Assembly: GCA_965204735.1 (NCBI GenBank)
Contig: OZ242008.1
Coordinates: 1,984,001 to 2,048,000 of the forward strand
Reading direction: 5' to 3'
Source: Longimicrobiales bacterium
GTDB taxonomy: Bacteria > Gemmatimonadota > Gemmatimonadetes > Longimicrobiales > Gaopeijiaceae
Length of the DNA stretch: 64,000 bases
The position numbers and the translations under genes were made by a program. The notes under the pieces are model-generated. The model made no database searches. It saw nothing but the letters and a program-made list of their open reading frames with translations, and was not told where the DNA came from. This document shows, piece after piece, positions 1-9,859 of this stretch; the first letter of the stretch is position 1, and every line of letters starts with the position of its first letter.

Positions 1-466
1 GGGCTTGGCAGGCGCAGCGGTAGCCCGGGTCCGGATGGTCCGCCGAGAGGCTCATGATCATCTCGTCGAACTCGCCCCCGACGAGAAGCGCGGGAAAGGT
101 GTTGGTGATGGCGGCGATCTGGACGGGCGTCAGTCGAACTTGGGCCCGCGCGTCGCGGAACGCCCGCTGCATTCCGTTGACGCCCTCGCCCGACGCGAGC
201 GCCAGGAAGATCTTCTCGTTGACCCAGTTGGCCTCGGCTTGGGCGCGGGCGTCGGAGGCCCGGTTCAGGATCTCCGCGGCGGCATCGAAGTCTCCCAGCA
301 TTCGAGCCGCGGAAGCGCCTTGAAGCAGCGTGGTCAGGCTTGTGGAGGTCCGGGCCGACTCCACCCGGCTCCGCAGCTCGTCCTCGGGAAGCTGGCCTGC
401 CGTGGGAAGCGCGCCGGCCAGGAGAAGGCCGACAACGAGGACCAGCGGTCGAAAGCGCGAGCGCAT
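1..466 (-). CDS. Hypothetical exported protein, 3' end outside the window
   Basis: ATG at 466; reads MRSRFRPLVLVVGLLLAGALPTAGQLPEDELRSR..., a signal-peptide-like N-terminus, and stays open to the window edge. Confidence 0.65.
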   Translation of the reverse strand, partial: MRSRFRPLVLVVGLLLAGALPTAGQLPEDELRSRVESARTSTSLTTLLQGASAARMLGDFDAAAEILNRASDARAQAEANWVNEKIFLALASGEGVNGMQRAFRDARAQVRLTPVQIAAITNTFPALLVGGEFDEMIMSLSADHPDPGYRCACQA

Positions 467-501
467 GACGTGGGACTCCGGTTGGAGGTGGGAAGACGGC
501 A

Positions 502-574
502 AGCGGGAGACGGGACTCGAACCCGCGACCCTCAGCTTGGGAAGCTGATGCTCTGCCAACTGAGCTACTCCCGC
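502..574 (-). tRNA. tRNA-Gly (CCC)
   Basis: GCGGGAGTAGCTCAGTTGGCAGAGCATCAGCTTCCCAAGCTGAGGGTCGCGGGTTCGAGTCCCGTCTCCCGCT folds as a cloverleaf with anticodon CCC; CCA is not encoded. Confidence 0.96.
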
Positions 575-602
575 GACGGCTTGTCTCGGTCTATGAAGTC
601 TC

Positions 603-1993
603 CTAAGCAGGTTCGACGACCTCGAAGTAGAAGCCCAGAACGTTCTCCTCGCTGGTCAGATCGGCTCGGAAGGGCTCGGCGGCCTCCGGCGCGGGCGCTT
701 CGACCCGTATGTCCGTGGACCCGATCACCACGCCGTCGTCGCTGACGAAGTGGACGCGCACGGTGACGGTCTCGCCGGCGGCGAGGGAGTTGTTGATCAG
801 CTCGGCTTCCACCGAGCCCCCGCCGCCGCTCCGGGGCTCCAGCCGACTGTTTTCCAGGTTGAACGGCAGCTCTTCCCCGGCCTGGAGGACGCGAACGGCC
901 TCCTGCTCGTCGCCGGTGTTGATCAGCGCCCGCGCCAGGATGTGGTAGCTGTTGCTGTTGTATCCGTCCAGGTCGACGAGGTCCCGACCGACCGACAGGA
1001 GGGTCTCCCAGTCCTCGGCCTCGAAGAGAGACTGGGCGTAGTTGTAGACGGCGTCCCGGTTCTCCGGTCCGACCTCCGCCACCTTGCGGAACGCCTCGGC
1101 GGCTTGGTCGAAGACTTCGGCGCCGTAGAGACCCACCCCGATGTTGAAGTAGTCGCGGGGCTCGAGCTCGTCCTGGTTGAGGAGGCGGTCGTAGATCGCC
1201 TGGGCCGAGTCGGGCCGGCCGGCCGAGGACATGACGGCGGCCAGGGCGGAGAGGGCCGACACGTCGCTTGGATTCGATTCCAGGTAGGCTTGGTACTCGG
1301 CCGCCGCCTCGTCGTAGCGCTCCAACTGGCTCAGCAGCTGGGCCCGGTTGAAGGCGACGCTGGACTCCTGCTCGGCCCAGCCGGCCACCGTGGCGCTGTC
1401 CGCGCCCTCCAAGCGGGGGTTGCGGATGAGCTCCAGCGCTTCCCCGAACGCGTCCACGGCTTCGTCGTTCCGGTCCACGTTGCTGTAGCCGACGCCCAGG
1501 TTGATCAGGGCTTCGGGACGTTGCCCGGGGAAGATCGTCTCGGCCATCTCCAGCAAGCGGATCCCGTCCTCGGGAGCGCCGGCGTTCATCGGCTCGATCG
1601 ATCTGTTGAACAAGGCGATCCAGGCGTTCTCCCTCTCGATCCGCACCTCTTCGGCGTAGGCCGGGTAGAGCTCCAGCGCCCTTTCGAAGAGGGTGTCCGC
1701 AGCGACGTAGTCCTCCATGCCGGCCTGGGCGCGGCCCGCCTGAAAGTAGCCTCGGGGGTTGGTGGGCTCCTCGAGGATCGAGTTGTTCGCCGCGCTCAGC
1801 GCGTCCGTGTACTTCGTGGCGTCGCCGAGGGTCTGGGCCTGGGTCAGGAAGAGCTCGGCGCTGCGGGTGTGACTGTTGTCCCTGGGCGGGTTCCCTCCTC
1901 CGCCGCTCCTCCTCCTCCGGAGCCGGACGCGCACCCGGCCAGGACCACGGCCGTCGCAGCGACCAGCGGGAGTTCGAACCGAGCCTTCTTCAC
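603..1993 (-). CDS. TPR-repeat lipoprotein, apparent 1-nt frameshift near 1890
   Basis: GTG at 1993 with GGAGG upstream gives a lipoprotein signal (VKKARFELPLVAATAVVLAG-C) that stops at 1844. The TPR repeats are in another frame (603..1934). One extra base at GGGAACCC would join them. Confidence 0.75.
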
Positions 1994-2067
1994 GCCGAAT
2001 CCTCCTGAAGTCGTTTCGTAGCGAGCCGCGTCTCCTCGGCGACGAGGGAGGCGCAAGCGGTCAAAGA

Positions 2068-2096
2068 AATCTACGGGCGGCGCCGGCAGAGGTCAA
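2068..2096 (-). promoter_or_regulatory. Putative sigma70 promoter for the TPR lipoprotein gene
   Basis: TTGACC-17 nt-TAGATT on the minus strand, about 75 nt upstream of GTG 1993. Confidence 0.55.
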
Positions 2097-2180
2097 AGGC
2101 GAACGGGGCCGGCGGCCCGAGACCCCGACGGTCGACGGCTGCCTCGGCGCCGAACCTCCGGCCCCCGGGGGCCGTCTCCT

Positions 2181-4070
2181 TCAGCCTCGCTTCAGCCAAG
2201 TCAGGATGCGCGCGCCCATGGCGTCGCTGAAGCCCGGCACCCGGCCGATCTCCTCGGCGCTGGCTTCCCGGACGGCGCGCACCGAACCGAAGCGGGAGAG
2301 GAGGGCGCGCTGTCGCTTGGGCCCCACGCCCGGAACGTCGCCCAGCTCCGAGCGGATCGTGCGGCGGGAGCGGAGCTTGCGGCTGTAGCCGGAGGCGAAG
2401 CGGTGCGCCTCGTCCCGGACGCGCTGCAGGAGGTGGAGGGAGCGCGCGGTCCGGGGAATGCGAAGGCCCTGGGTCCGGCCCGGCAGGTAGACCAGCTCCT
2501 CCCGCTTGGCCAGGGCCGCCACGGCGACGCTGCCCAGCCCCAACTGCGCCAGGGTCTCCTGCGCCGCGGCCAGCTGCGCCCGGCCTCCGTCCATCACGGC
2601 CAGGTCCGGCAGGGGCCCGTCGCCCTCGGCCAAGCGGGCGAAGTAGCGGCCGACGCCCTCGGCCAAGGAGCGGCAGTCGTCGTTCCCCCACTCGCCCCTG
2701 ACGCGCATGTGGCGGTAGCCCGACTTCCGGGGCTCGCCGTTCTCGAAGAGCACGGCCGCGGCCACCGTCTCGGCGCCCTGAGTGTGGGAGACGTCGAAGC
2801 AGGCGATCAAGCGCGGCACCACCTTGAGGCCCAAGCGGTCCTGGAGCTCGAAGAGGACGTCGTCGGGGCGCGGGGCCGGGGCGTCGCCCTTGCGCGCGTG
2901 GTCCGCCAGCGCGTGCCGGGCGTTGGCGACGGCAAGCTCCACCATCCGCACCTTGGCGCCTCGCCGAGGCACGCGGACGACCACCTTGCGGGACGCCTTC
3001 CTGCTCAGGACTTCCTCCAGCAGCTGCTGGTCCGCGAAGCCGAGCGGCAGGAGCACCTCCCGAGGAAGTCGGTCGACCACGGCGTCGCCGCCGGAAAGGT
3101 ACGCGTGGGCGGCGAAGCGGCCGAGAAGGGCCTCGTCGGGCTCCCCTTCGGCGCCGGTCATCATGTGGGTCTCGCGGCCGATGAGGAGCCCCTTGCGCAC
3201 CCGGAGCAGCGCCGCGGCGGCAGCCTCGCCGTCCCGGGCCAGCCCCAGCACGTCCTGATCTCCCCCGCCCAGGCTCTGGACCCGCTGCTGACGAGCGATG
3301 CCGTCGAGCCCCGCCAAGACGTTGCGGAGATGGCCCGCTCTCTCGAACTCCATGTTGGAAGAAGCTTTGTGCATCTTTTCTTCAAGCATTGCTTGAACTT
3401 CGGCCACGTCGCCGGAGAGGACTTGGACGATGCGGTCGATCATCCGTCGGTACTCGGCTTCGCTCTGGCGCCCGGCGCACGGCGCGCGGCATCGGCCGAT
3501 GTGGTAGTCCAGGCATGGACGGGGCGGCGCCTCCGACGGCAGGTCGTAGCGGCACGAGCGGACGAAGTGGAGCCGGCCCACGGCCTCCAGGGCTTGGCGC
3601 ACCCGCCCGACCGAGACGAAGGGGCCGAAGTAGCGGGAGCCGTCCTCGCGCACGTGGCGGGTGACCCAGGCCCGGGGGAAGCGCTCCTGCACCGTGACCT
3701 TGATGTACGGGTACTTCTTGTCGTCGCGCAGCTGGATGTTGAAGCGTGGCTGGTGCTCCTTGATCAGGTTGGCTTCCAGGATCAGCGCTTCGGCCTCCGA
3801 ACCCACCACGAGGGTCTCGACGAGTCGCGTCCGGCGCGCGAGCTCGCGGGTCTTGATGCTGGCGTCCCCGCCCTTTCGCAAGTACGACTGCACGCGTGCG
3901 CGGAGGGACTTGGCCTTGCCCACGTACAGGACTTCGCGCCGGACTCCCCCCTTGAAGAGGTAGACGCCGGGGCGGACCGGCAGCCGGGCGGCGTGCGCCA
4001 GGTCGAAGGGCACGCCCCGGGTCGTCGTCGCCGAAGGCGGGGTCGCTGGCGGAAGCGGCGGCGGGGTCAC
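2181..4070 (-). CDS. uvrC: Excinuclease ABC subunit C
   Basis: GIY-YIG domain (PGVYLF...LYVGKAKSLRARVQSY), RNase H-like domain (FDVSH, DGG, RDEAHRFA) and C-terminal HhH (GVGPKR). Start is GTG 4070 (overlaps the murJ stop) or GTG 4013. Confidence 0.95.
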   Translation of the reverse strand: MTPPPLPPATPPSATTTRGVPFDLAHAARLPVRPGVYLFKGGVRREVLYVGKAKSLRARVQSYLRKGGDASIKTRELARRTRLVETLVVGSEAEALILEANLIKEHQPRFNIQLRDDKKYPYIKVTVQERFPRAWVTRHVREDGSRYFGPFVSVGRVRQALEAVGRLHFVRSCRYDLPSEAPPRPCLDYHIGRCRAPCAGRQSEAEYRRMIDRIVQVLSGDVAEVQAMLEEKMHKASSNMEFERAGHLRNVLAGLDGIARQQRVQSLGGGDQDVLGLARDGEAAAAALLRVRKGLLIGRETHMMTGAEGEPDEALLGRFAAHAYLSGGDAVVDRLPREVLLPLGFADQQLLEEVLSRKASRKVVVRVPRRGAKVRMVELAVANARHALADHARKGDAPAPRPDDVLFELQDRLGLKVVPRLIACFDVSHTQGAETVAAAVLFENGEPRKSGYRHMRVRGEWGNDDCRSLAEGVGRYFARLAEGDGPLPDLAVMDGGRAQLAAAQETLAQLGLGSVAVAALAKREELVYLPGRTQGLRIPRTARSLHLLQRVRDEAHRFASGYSRKLRSRRTIRSELGDVPGVGPKRQRALLSRFGSVRAVREASAEEIGRVPGFSDAMGARILTWLKRG

Positions 4071-4083
4071 TGGCGGAAGCGGC
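4036..4083. repeat. 24-bp tandem duplication at the murJ/uvrC junction
   Basis: ggcggggtcgctggcggaagcggc / ggcggggtcactggcggaagcggc, 1 mismatch. Confidence 0.8.
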
Positions 4084-5641
4084 GGATACGGCCCCGGACG
4101 CCGACGGGCGACGTGCCCGTCCACTCGGCGACGGCGAGGTAGACGAGGGCGAAGGGGAAGGCGGCGCCCAGCGCCCGGAGGACCGGCGGAAGGGGCGGCA
4201 GCAGCGCCTTCGCTGCGAGACCGGCGGCGACGGCGGCCGCAGCGGCGCCTGCAACCAGGAGCAGCCGGCGGGGCTGGAAGGAGAAGCCCGCGAGCCGCTC
4301 CCGCAGCCGCCGCCGCAAGAGCCAGAGCTCCAGCCAGCCCCCCAGGGCCGCCCCCGCCGCCAACCCCACCGCCCCCAACGGACGCCCGCCGACCGAGAGG
4401 CCGTCCAGCGGGAACATGAGGGCGGCCCCGGCGGCGGCGGCCACCACCATCCGCGCGGCGACGATCTTGGCGGGGGTGCGCGTGTCGCCCAGGCTGAAGA
4501 AGGCCGAGGAGATCACTCGGCAGGCCCCCGTCGCCGGCAGCCCGACGGCGAACGCCGCCAGCACCCACCCGGTCGCGGCGGCGTCCTGGTCCGCGAAGGC
4601 GCTCTCTCCCAGGATCCCGTCGAACGCCTGGAAGACGGCCATGGCCTCCGTTCGCAGGGCCATGTAGCCGGCGGCAAAGGGGATCAGCCAGAAGAGAGCC
4701 CGCGCAACGGCGTGTTCAGTGCGTGCTCGAACCGCCGCCGGCCCGGCGGATCGGTCCCGGGAGAGCTCCGGCAGCTCGGCGGCGGCGATCGAGAGGGCGA
4801 AGAGCGAGAGCGGCAGCACGTAGAGCATCCGGGCGTACCCCAGCCGGGCCAGGGCGCCCGCGGCCAACCACGACGCCAGCTGCAGGTCCACGAAAGCGCC
4901 AAGGTTCGCAACGCCACGGGACGCCATCGCGGGCAAGAAGTTGCGGACCACCTCCCGGACCTCGGCGATCCGCGCGTTCGCGGAGAGCCGGAGGCGCTTC
5001 AGGTGAGGCGCGGCGAAGGGCACCTGGAAGAGCAGCTGGAGGACGCCGCCGACGAAGGCGCCCCACGCCAGCGCGACCAGCAGCTCTCGCCCCCCGATTC
5101 CGCTCCCGCCCGCCGCGAAGGTCCCGAACGCCACCAGCACGACGAGCATCGAGAGGCTCCACAACGACGGGGCCACGTAGGCGACGAAGAACTTCCGGTG
5201 GCTGTTCAGGATCCCCAGAGTCCACGCCGAGAGGGCCAGCACCGCCGTCATGGGGAAGAGCACGCGGAGGAGCGCGACCACCAGGTCCGCCCGCGCGTCG
5301 CCGATGAAGCCCGGAACGAGCGCCAGCAGCCAGGGCGCCGCCCACGCGCCCAGCAGCGCCATGCCTCCCGCCGTCGCGGCCAGCAAGCCGAGAACCGCGC
5401 CCGCGACCCTTCCCGCCTCCTCTTCCCTGCCTTCCTCCAGCAGGCGCACGTACACCGGAACGAAGGAAGCGCTCAGGCTCCCCTCTCCCAGGAGGTTCTG
5501 CACGACGTTCGGGATCTGAAGGGCCGCCCGCCAGGAATCGGCCAAGTAGCCGGCGCCGAAGAAGTGAGCGACGGCCGACTCCCGGGCGAAGCCGACGAGC
5601 CGGCTGACGAGGATCCCGGAAGCCGCCCGCGAAGCCGCCAC
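4067..5641 (-). CDS. murJ: Lipid II flippase MurJ (MviN)
   Basis: SRLVGFARE, IPNVVQNLLGEGSLSASFVPVY; many TM segments; 524 aa. Confidence 0.95.
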   Translation of the reverse strand: MAASRAASGILVSRLVGFARESAVAHFFGAGYLADSWRAALQIPNVVQNLLGEGSLSASFVPVYVRLLEEGREEEAGRVAGAVLGLLAATAGGMALLGAWAAPWLLALVPGFIGDARADLVVALLRVLFPMTAVLALSAWTLGILNSHRKFFVAYVAPSLWSLSMLVVLVAFGTFAAGGSGIGGRELLVALAWGAFVGGVLQLLFQVPFAAPHLKRLRLSANARIAEVREVVRNFLPAMASRGVANLGAFVDLQLASWLAAGALARLGYARMLYVLPLSLFALSIAAAELPELSRDRSAGPAAVRARTEHAVARALFWLIPFAAGYMALRTEAMAVFQAFDGILGESAFADQDAAATGWVLAAFAVGLPATGACRVISSAFFSLGDTRTPAKIVAARMVVAAAAGAALMFPLDGLSVGGRPLGAVGLAAGAALGGWLELWLLRRRLRERLAGFSFQPRRLLLVAGAAAAAVAAGLAAKALLPPLPPVLRALGAAFPFALVYLAVAEWTGTSPVGVRGRIRRFRQ

Positions 5642-5665
5642 CTCAGGCGCGACCGGCGGGGGCGG

Positions 5666-5974
5666 TCAGGCCCCGGGCTCGTTGCCGGGACGGCGTCGCC
5701 GCGGAGCTCCGCTGCCGGGGAGAAGGCCGTCCGGTCCCTGCCGGTCCGCCAGCAGCTTCTGCGTGAACCGGCCCGCCTCGTCCAGGCGCTCGACCTCCCG
5801 TCCGAGACGCTCCACCTCTCCCTCCAGAAAGGCCAGCCGCTCGTGGGCGGCCCGGTCGCCTCCTGCAAAGTTCCTGCGTTCGATGCGAGCGGCGATCGCC
5901 TTGCCCAGCCGGGAGTCGAGCACGATGGCCAGGATCGGGATCAGAAGGACGAGGACGACCACTGTGAAGATCAT
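5666..5974 (-). CDS. Small membrane protein with coiled coil
   Basis: N-terminal TM segment, then the heptad pattern LEGEVERLGREVERL; sits tightly between bshC and murJ. Confidence 0.75.
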   Translation of the reverse strand: MIFTVVVLVLLIPILAIVLDSRLGKAIAARIERRNFAGGDRAAHERLAFLEGEVERLGREVERLDEAGRFTQKLLADRQGPDGLLPGSGAPRRRRPGNEPGA

Positions 5975-5983
5975 CGGTGAAAG

Positions 5984-7597
5984 CTACCCTTTCGGCGGGA
6001 AGAGAACCACGCGGCCGTCCACCGCGGCGGGTCCGAGTTCGTTCAGCACGAGGGCGACGAACTCCGGGCCGTAGCGCATGACGTACTGGAGCGGCCCCAG
6101 GACCCTCTCTTGCGGCTTTCCGCCGGGCCAGAGGTTGCTTCGGGTCTTGGCGAGCTGGCGCCACTCGGTCTCGTTCTTGTGCTTCACGGCTCGGGCGATC
6201 TTCTTCTCCAGCGCCCCGAGAGCTCCGAAGCTCGCGTTGCGCGCGGCGGTCGCGGCGCCCTTCAGCGTCGGGTCCACCCGGACGGCGGCCGCCGCCAGCT
6301 CCTTCGCCGCCTCGTCCACGGCTCCGCGCCACTTTCTCATCGCCTTCCTCAACTCCCTCGGCGTTCCTTCCCTGGCCAAGCGCCCGAGCAGCCCGTCCAA
6401 GTCCCGCACGTCGTCCGCCTCCAAGTCGAACCTCTCCAGGATCTTCGCCACCTTGCGCTCCACGATCAGCAGCGAAGCCCTGGGCGCCACGACGGGCATC
6501 TCCAGGCCATGGCGCCGGAAGAGCCTCCGCAGCTGGCCGAAGTACGCCACCTCGCCGGGACCGCCGACGTAGGCCAAGGTGGGAAAGAGAGCGCTCTCGA
6601 CGACCGGACGCAGAAGCACGTTGGGCGACGCGGCGCACGGGTCGGCGGCGACCGCCTCCAGGACCCGCCGCAGGGAGAGCCGGCGACCAGAACGGCGCAG
6701 CCGATAGCCGTCGCCCGCCCGCTCGAGCCGGTCCCGCCCTTCTTCGCCGTGGAGAAAGAGGTTGGCCGCGCCCGGCATCAGAGGGACTTGCAGTTCGTAC
6801 CCGGCTTCGCGGAGCTGGGCGGCGGTCCGGGCAAGAGCGGCCTCGGAGGCGACCGGCTCCTCGGTCTCGGCTTCGAGGAGACGCCGCGAGGCCGCTTTGA
6901 CGTCGGGGTCCGCGGCGTCCACCACTCCGACCGGGGTCTTCGCCAGCAGATCGCTCATGAGGGCTGCGAAGGCGCTGGCCAGCGTGGCCTCGGGGCGCAG
7001 CGAGTCCCGGAGCAGAGCCACGTAGCGGCCGTGGAAGTCGTTGCGGGGAAAGAGTTCCGCCAAGGTGGTCGCGACTTCGGAGGCGGCGGGTCCCAGGGGC
7101 GTCTCGGCCAAGGCTCGCCGGGCCAGCCCCGGTTCGGGACCCAGATCGAGGCGGCGAAGCTCGTTGGCGCCGTCCAGCAGGCCCGCCTGGCTTGCTTCCT
7201 CCCAGTCGTGGTCGTCCGACGCCACCCAGAAGAGGGGCATGACGGGCTTGCTCAGGAGCTGTCCAAGGCTCTCCGCCAGGCGGACCGCGGAGAGGGCCTT
7301 GTAGAGCGTGTACAGAGGACCGCCGAAGAGGCCGGGCTGCTGCCCGGTCGTGACGAAGTAGCCCTCGCCGGCCGCCACTTCCTTCAGGAGCGCGGACGCC
7401 TCGGGGCCGACGGGGCGGATCATGGATGCCGCCGCGCGCGCCCTTCCCGGGTCCATCTGGTCGAGTTCCCGCGCCTTTCGCCGGTACGACTCCGCGCGGA
7501 ACGGCGAGCCGGCGTAGAACTCGGCCGCGGCTGGGACGCCTTCCAGGTAGTCTCGCACCAGCGCCGAGCCGCCGAAGGGTCTCCGCGCGATCCGCAT
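5984..7597 (-). CDS. bshC: Bacillithiol biosynthesis cysteine-adding enzyme BshC
   Basis: TTGQQPGLFGGPLYTLYK, FWVASDDHDWEE, SPNVLLRPV, YVGGPGEVAYF, PQER motifs; about 537 aa; ATG overlaps the upstream stop (TGATG). Confidence 0.92.
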   Translation of the reverse strand: MRIARRPFGGSALVRDYLEGVPAAAEFYAGSPFRAESYRRKARELDQMDPGRARAAASMIRPVGPEASALLKEVAAGEGYFVTTGQQPGLFGGPLYTLYKALSAVRLAESLGQLLSKPVMPLFWVASDDHDWEEASQAGLLDGANELRRLDLGPEPGLARRALAETPLGPAASEVATTLAELFPRNDFHGRYVALLRDSLRPEATLASAFAALMSDLLAKTPVGVVDAADPDVKAASRRLLEAETEEPVASEAALARTAAQLREAGYELQVPLMPGAANLFLHGEEGRDRLERAGDGYRLRRSGRRLSLRRVLEAVAADPCAASPNVLLRPVVESALFPTLAYVGGPGEVAYFGQLRRLFRRHGLEMPVVAPRASLLIVERKVAKILERFDLEADDVRDLDGLLGRLAREGTPRELRKAMRKWRGAVDEAAKELAAAAVRVDPTLKGAATAARNASFGALGALEKKIARAVKHKNETEWRQLAKTRSNLWPGGKPQERVLGPLQYVMRYGPEFVALVLNELGPAAVDGRVVLFPPKG

Positions 7598-8331
7598 CAG
7601 ACGGCTTCGGCCAGGACGATGCAGCGGGCGGACGTCGATCCGAAGCGGGCGCCGTCGTAGCCGCCGAAGACGGATCGGGACGCCAAGCTCGCTTGGGCGA
7701 GCATCGAATCCAGCTCGCGAAGGCGGTACAGCCGCACCCGTTCGACGAACGAGCGTTCCGGAGCTCCGTCGCGGGCGGCAATTCGGATGTGCTTCTCCAC
7801 GACCCTGCCCCCTTCCACCAGCCGTCGCTCCTGCACGACGGCGGCGCCGGAGACGGTCCGCCGGTCCTCCATCTTCAAGTTCGCCACCACCTGGTCGGCG
7901 TTCATGAAGTCGAGGAAGAAGGCTCCGCCAGGGGAGAGGACGCGCCTGACTTCGCCGAGCACCCGGTGGTCGTCGGCCTCGTCGTCGAAGTAGCCGAACG
8001 TCGTGAAGTAGGAAGCGACCAGGTCGAAGGACTCCGGCCGAAAGGGCAGGCGCCGCATGTCGCCCCGGACCAGGGGAACGTCGGACGCGCTTCGCTTGGC
8101 GGCGCCCAGCATGAGGAACGAAAGGTCCATCCCGACCGGGGCCCACCCGATGCGCCGGAGCTGGGCCAGGTGGCGGCCGGCGCCGCACCCCAGGTCGAGC
8201 ACCCGGGCGCCTCTGCCCCACCCCGTCGCCTTTTGCAGGAGTCGAACGGCGCGGCCCGCCTCGACCCCGTCCCGGTGGGGATAGAGCGCCAAGTAGTCCT
8301 CGCCGAACCAATCCTGGAACCAGGGCTTCAC
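7597..8331 (-). CDS. Class I SAM-dependent methyltransferase
   Basis: VLDLGCGAGRH, GDMRRLPF, FTTFGYF; N-terminus WFQDWFGEDYLALYPHRD; GTG start at 8331. Confidence 0.9.
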   Translation of the reverse strand: MKPWFQDWFGEDYLALYPHRDGVEAGRAVRLLQKATGWGRGARVLDLGCGAGRHLAQLRRIGWAPVGMDLSFLMLGAAKRSASDVPLVRGDMRRLPFRPESFDLVASYFTTFGYFDDEADDHRVLGEVRRVLSPGGAFFLDFMNADQVVANLKMEDRRTVSGAAVVQERRLVEGGRVVEKHIRIAARDGAPERSFVERVRLYRLRELDSMLAQASLASRSVFGGYDGARFGSTSARCIVLAEAV

Positions 8332-8354
8332 GGCCGCGTCTCCCCGTGTTCGCG

Positions 8355-8819
8355 TCAAATCGGCCCCTTGTGGTACGGCTCGTTGCGGAGGATCGTTCCG
8401 GCGCGGTAGAGCTGCTCGGCCAGCACCAGCCGGGCAAGGTCGTGAGGCAGGGTCAGAGAGGAAAGGGAGAGTCGCCGGCAACACGCATCGCGCAAGCTCG
8501 GCTCGATGCCGAAGGCGCCGCCGACAAGGAAGTGGACGCCGGGCGCGGCCCCTGTCGCGAGGCGCTCCAGCCAGCGCGCCAGCTCCCGCGACGACCAGCG
8601 GTCGCCCTCCCGGGTCAGCGCCACGCGAGAGAACCCGTCGCGCAGCCTCTTCCGCACGGCCTCCGCCTCTCGGCGCAGCGCGGCTCGCGGGTTCGTCCCC
8701 CGGGCGGCGGGCGCCTCGGCCGCTTCGAGCCGCCAGTAGCGGGCGGCGCGTCGCTCGTACTCCCTGATCGCCGGCGCCAGCGGTCCCGGACGGCCGACGG
8801 CGACTACGGAGACCCGCAC
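8355..8819 (-). CDS. rlmH: 23S rRNA pseudouridine-1915 N3-methyltransferase
   Basis: SPOUT motifs FLVGGAFG and LSLSSLTLPHDLARLVLAEQLYRAGTILRNEPYH; about 154 aa. Confidence 0.93.
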   Translation of the reverse strand: MRVSVVAVGRPGPLAPAIREYERRAARYWRLEAAEAPAARGTNPRAALRREAEAVRKRLRDGFSRVALTREGDRWSSRELARWLERLATGAAPGVHFLVGGAFGIEPSLRDACCRRLSLSSLTLPHDLARLVLAEQLYRAGTILRNEPYHKGPI

Positions 8820-9859
8820 CGGCGCTGCGCCGCGTCCGCCAAGGCGCTGCTCAAGGCGTCGGGAGGCTCGCCGACGACCCGGAAGCCCACCGCCACGCAG
8901 TGGGGCGCGAGTTCCGGGAAGGCGGAGAGCTTGACCGCGTCCTTCTCGGTGCAGACCACGGTCCTGCCGGCCCGGCGGGCCAGCAGCGCGTCCACGTCCC
9001 GGCGCGAGTAGGGGTGGTGGTCGGCAAAGGGCGCCGCCTCCACGCGGGCCGACGGCAGCAGACCCCGCAGACCCTTCTGGAAGTCGCGCGGCCGCGCAAT
9101 GGCGGAAACGGCCAGCACGTCGCCCGGCGGAGGGGTTGTCGGCGCACCGTCCAGATCGGTCCACTCCCCCATCTCCATCTCCGCTTGCAGGACGGGCGTT
9201 CGCGGCGTCGCGCGGGCCACCGCGGCCCGCCACGCGTCCGACGTCTTCCGAGAGGCGCTGCGCCGGGTCACCAGAACGTGAGTGGCTCGCTTGGCCGCCG
9301 ACAACGGCTCCCTGTACGGCCCCCGAGGGAGAAGGCGAACCCGGAGCGGATCTTCGGCCGCCACGAGAAGGATGTCCAGGTCCCGGTGGACGCTCCGGTG
9401 CTGAAAGCCGTCGTCCAGCAGGACCAGCTCCCATCCGCGCTCCCACGCGCGGCGCACGCCCTGCGCCCGGGAAGGGCCCGAAAAGACCGCGTCTCCTCCG
9501 AACCACCGCCGATGCATGGCGGCTTCGTCGCCGCCGTAGCCTCGGCACACCACCGCCGCGCGAGCGCCCGTGCCGGCGAACCATTGGCGCAGCCAGCGAA
9601 CCACTGGCGACTTCCCCGTCCCGCCCGCCACCAAGTTGCCCACGGAGACGACCGGGACCGGCGCGGGGGCCGGTCGCGCCCGGTCGTGCCACGCGTTGCG
9701 GGCCGCCGCCGCCAGCCGAAAGCCCGCTTCGAAGGGCGCGAGCGAGGCGAGAAAGGCCGCCCGGCCCGCCCCGAGCCCCTCGTCCGCCCACAGCTCCTGC
9801 ACCGCCCAGCGAATCCGTCCTCGGGCCCCGCCCCGGACGCCGGCTCCTTCGGCGCTCAT
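8804..9859 (-). CDS. lpxK: Tetraacyldisaccharide 4'-kinase
   Basis: VSVGNLVAGGTGKSP, LLDDGFQH, LLPRGPYRE, CTEKDAVK. Confidence 0.93.
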   Translation of the reverse strand: MSAEGAGVRGGARGRIRWAVQELWADEGLGAGRAAFLASLAPFEAGFRLAAAARNAWHDRARPAPAPVPVVSVGNLVAGGTGKSPVVRWLRQWFAGTGARAAVVCRGYGGDEAAMHRRWFGGDAVFSGPSRAQGVRRAWERGWELVLLDDGFQHRSVHRDLDILLVAAEDPLRVRLLPRGPYREPLSAAKRATHVLVTRRSASRKTSDAWRAAVARATPRTPVLQAEMEMGEWTDLDGAPTTPPPGDVLAVSAIARPRDFQKGLRGLLPSARVEAAPFADHHPYSRRDVDALLARRAGRTVVCTEKDAVKLSAFPELAPHCVAVGFRVVGEPPDALSSALADAAQRRCGSP

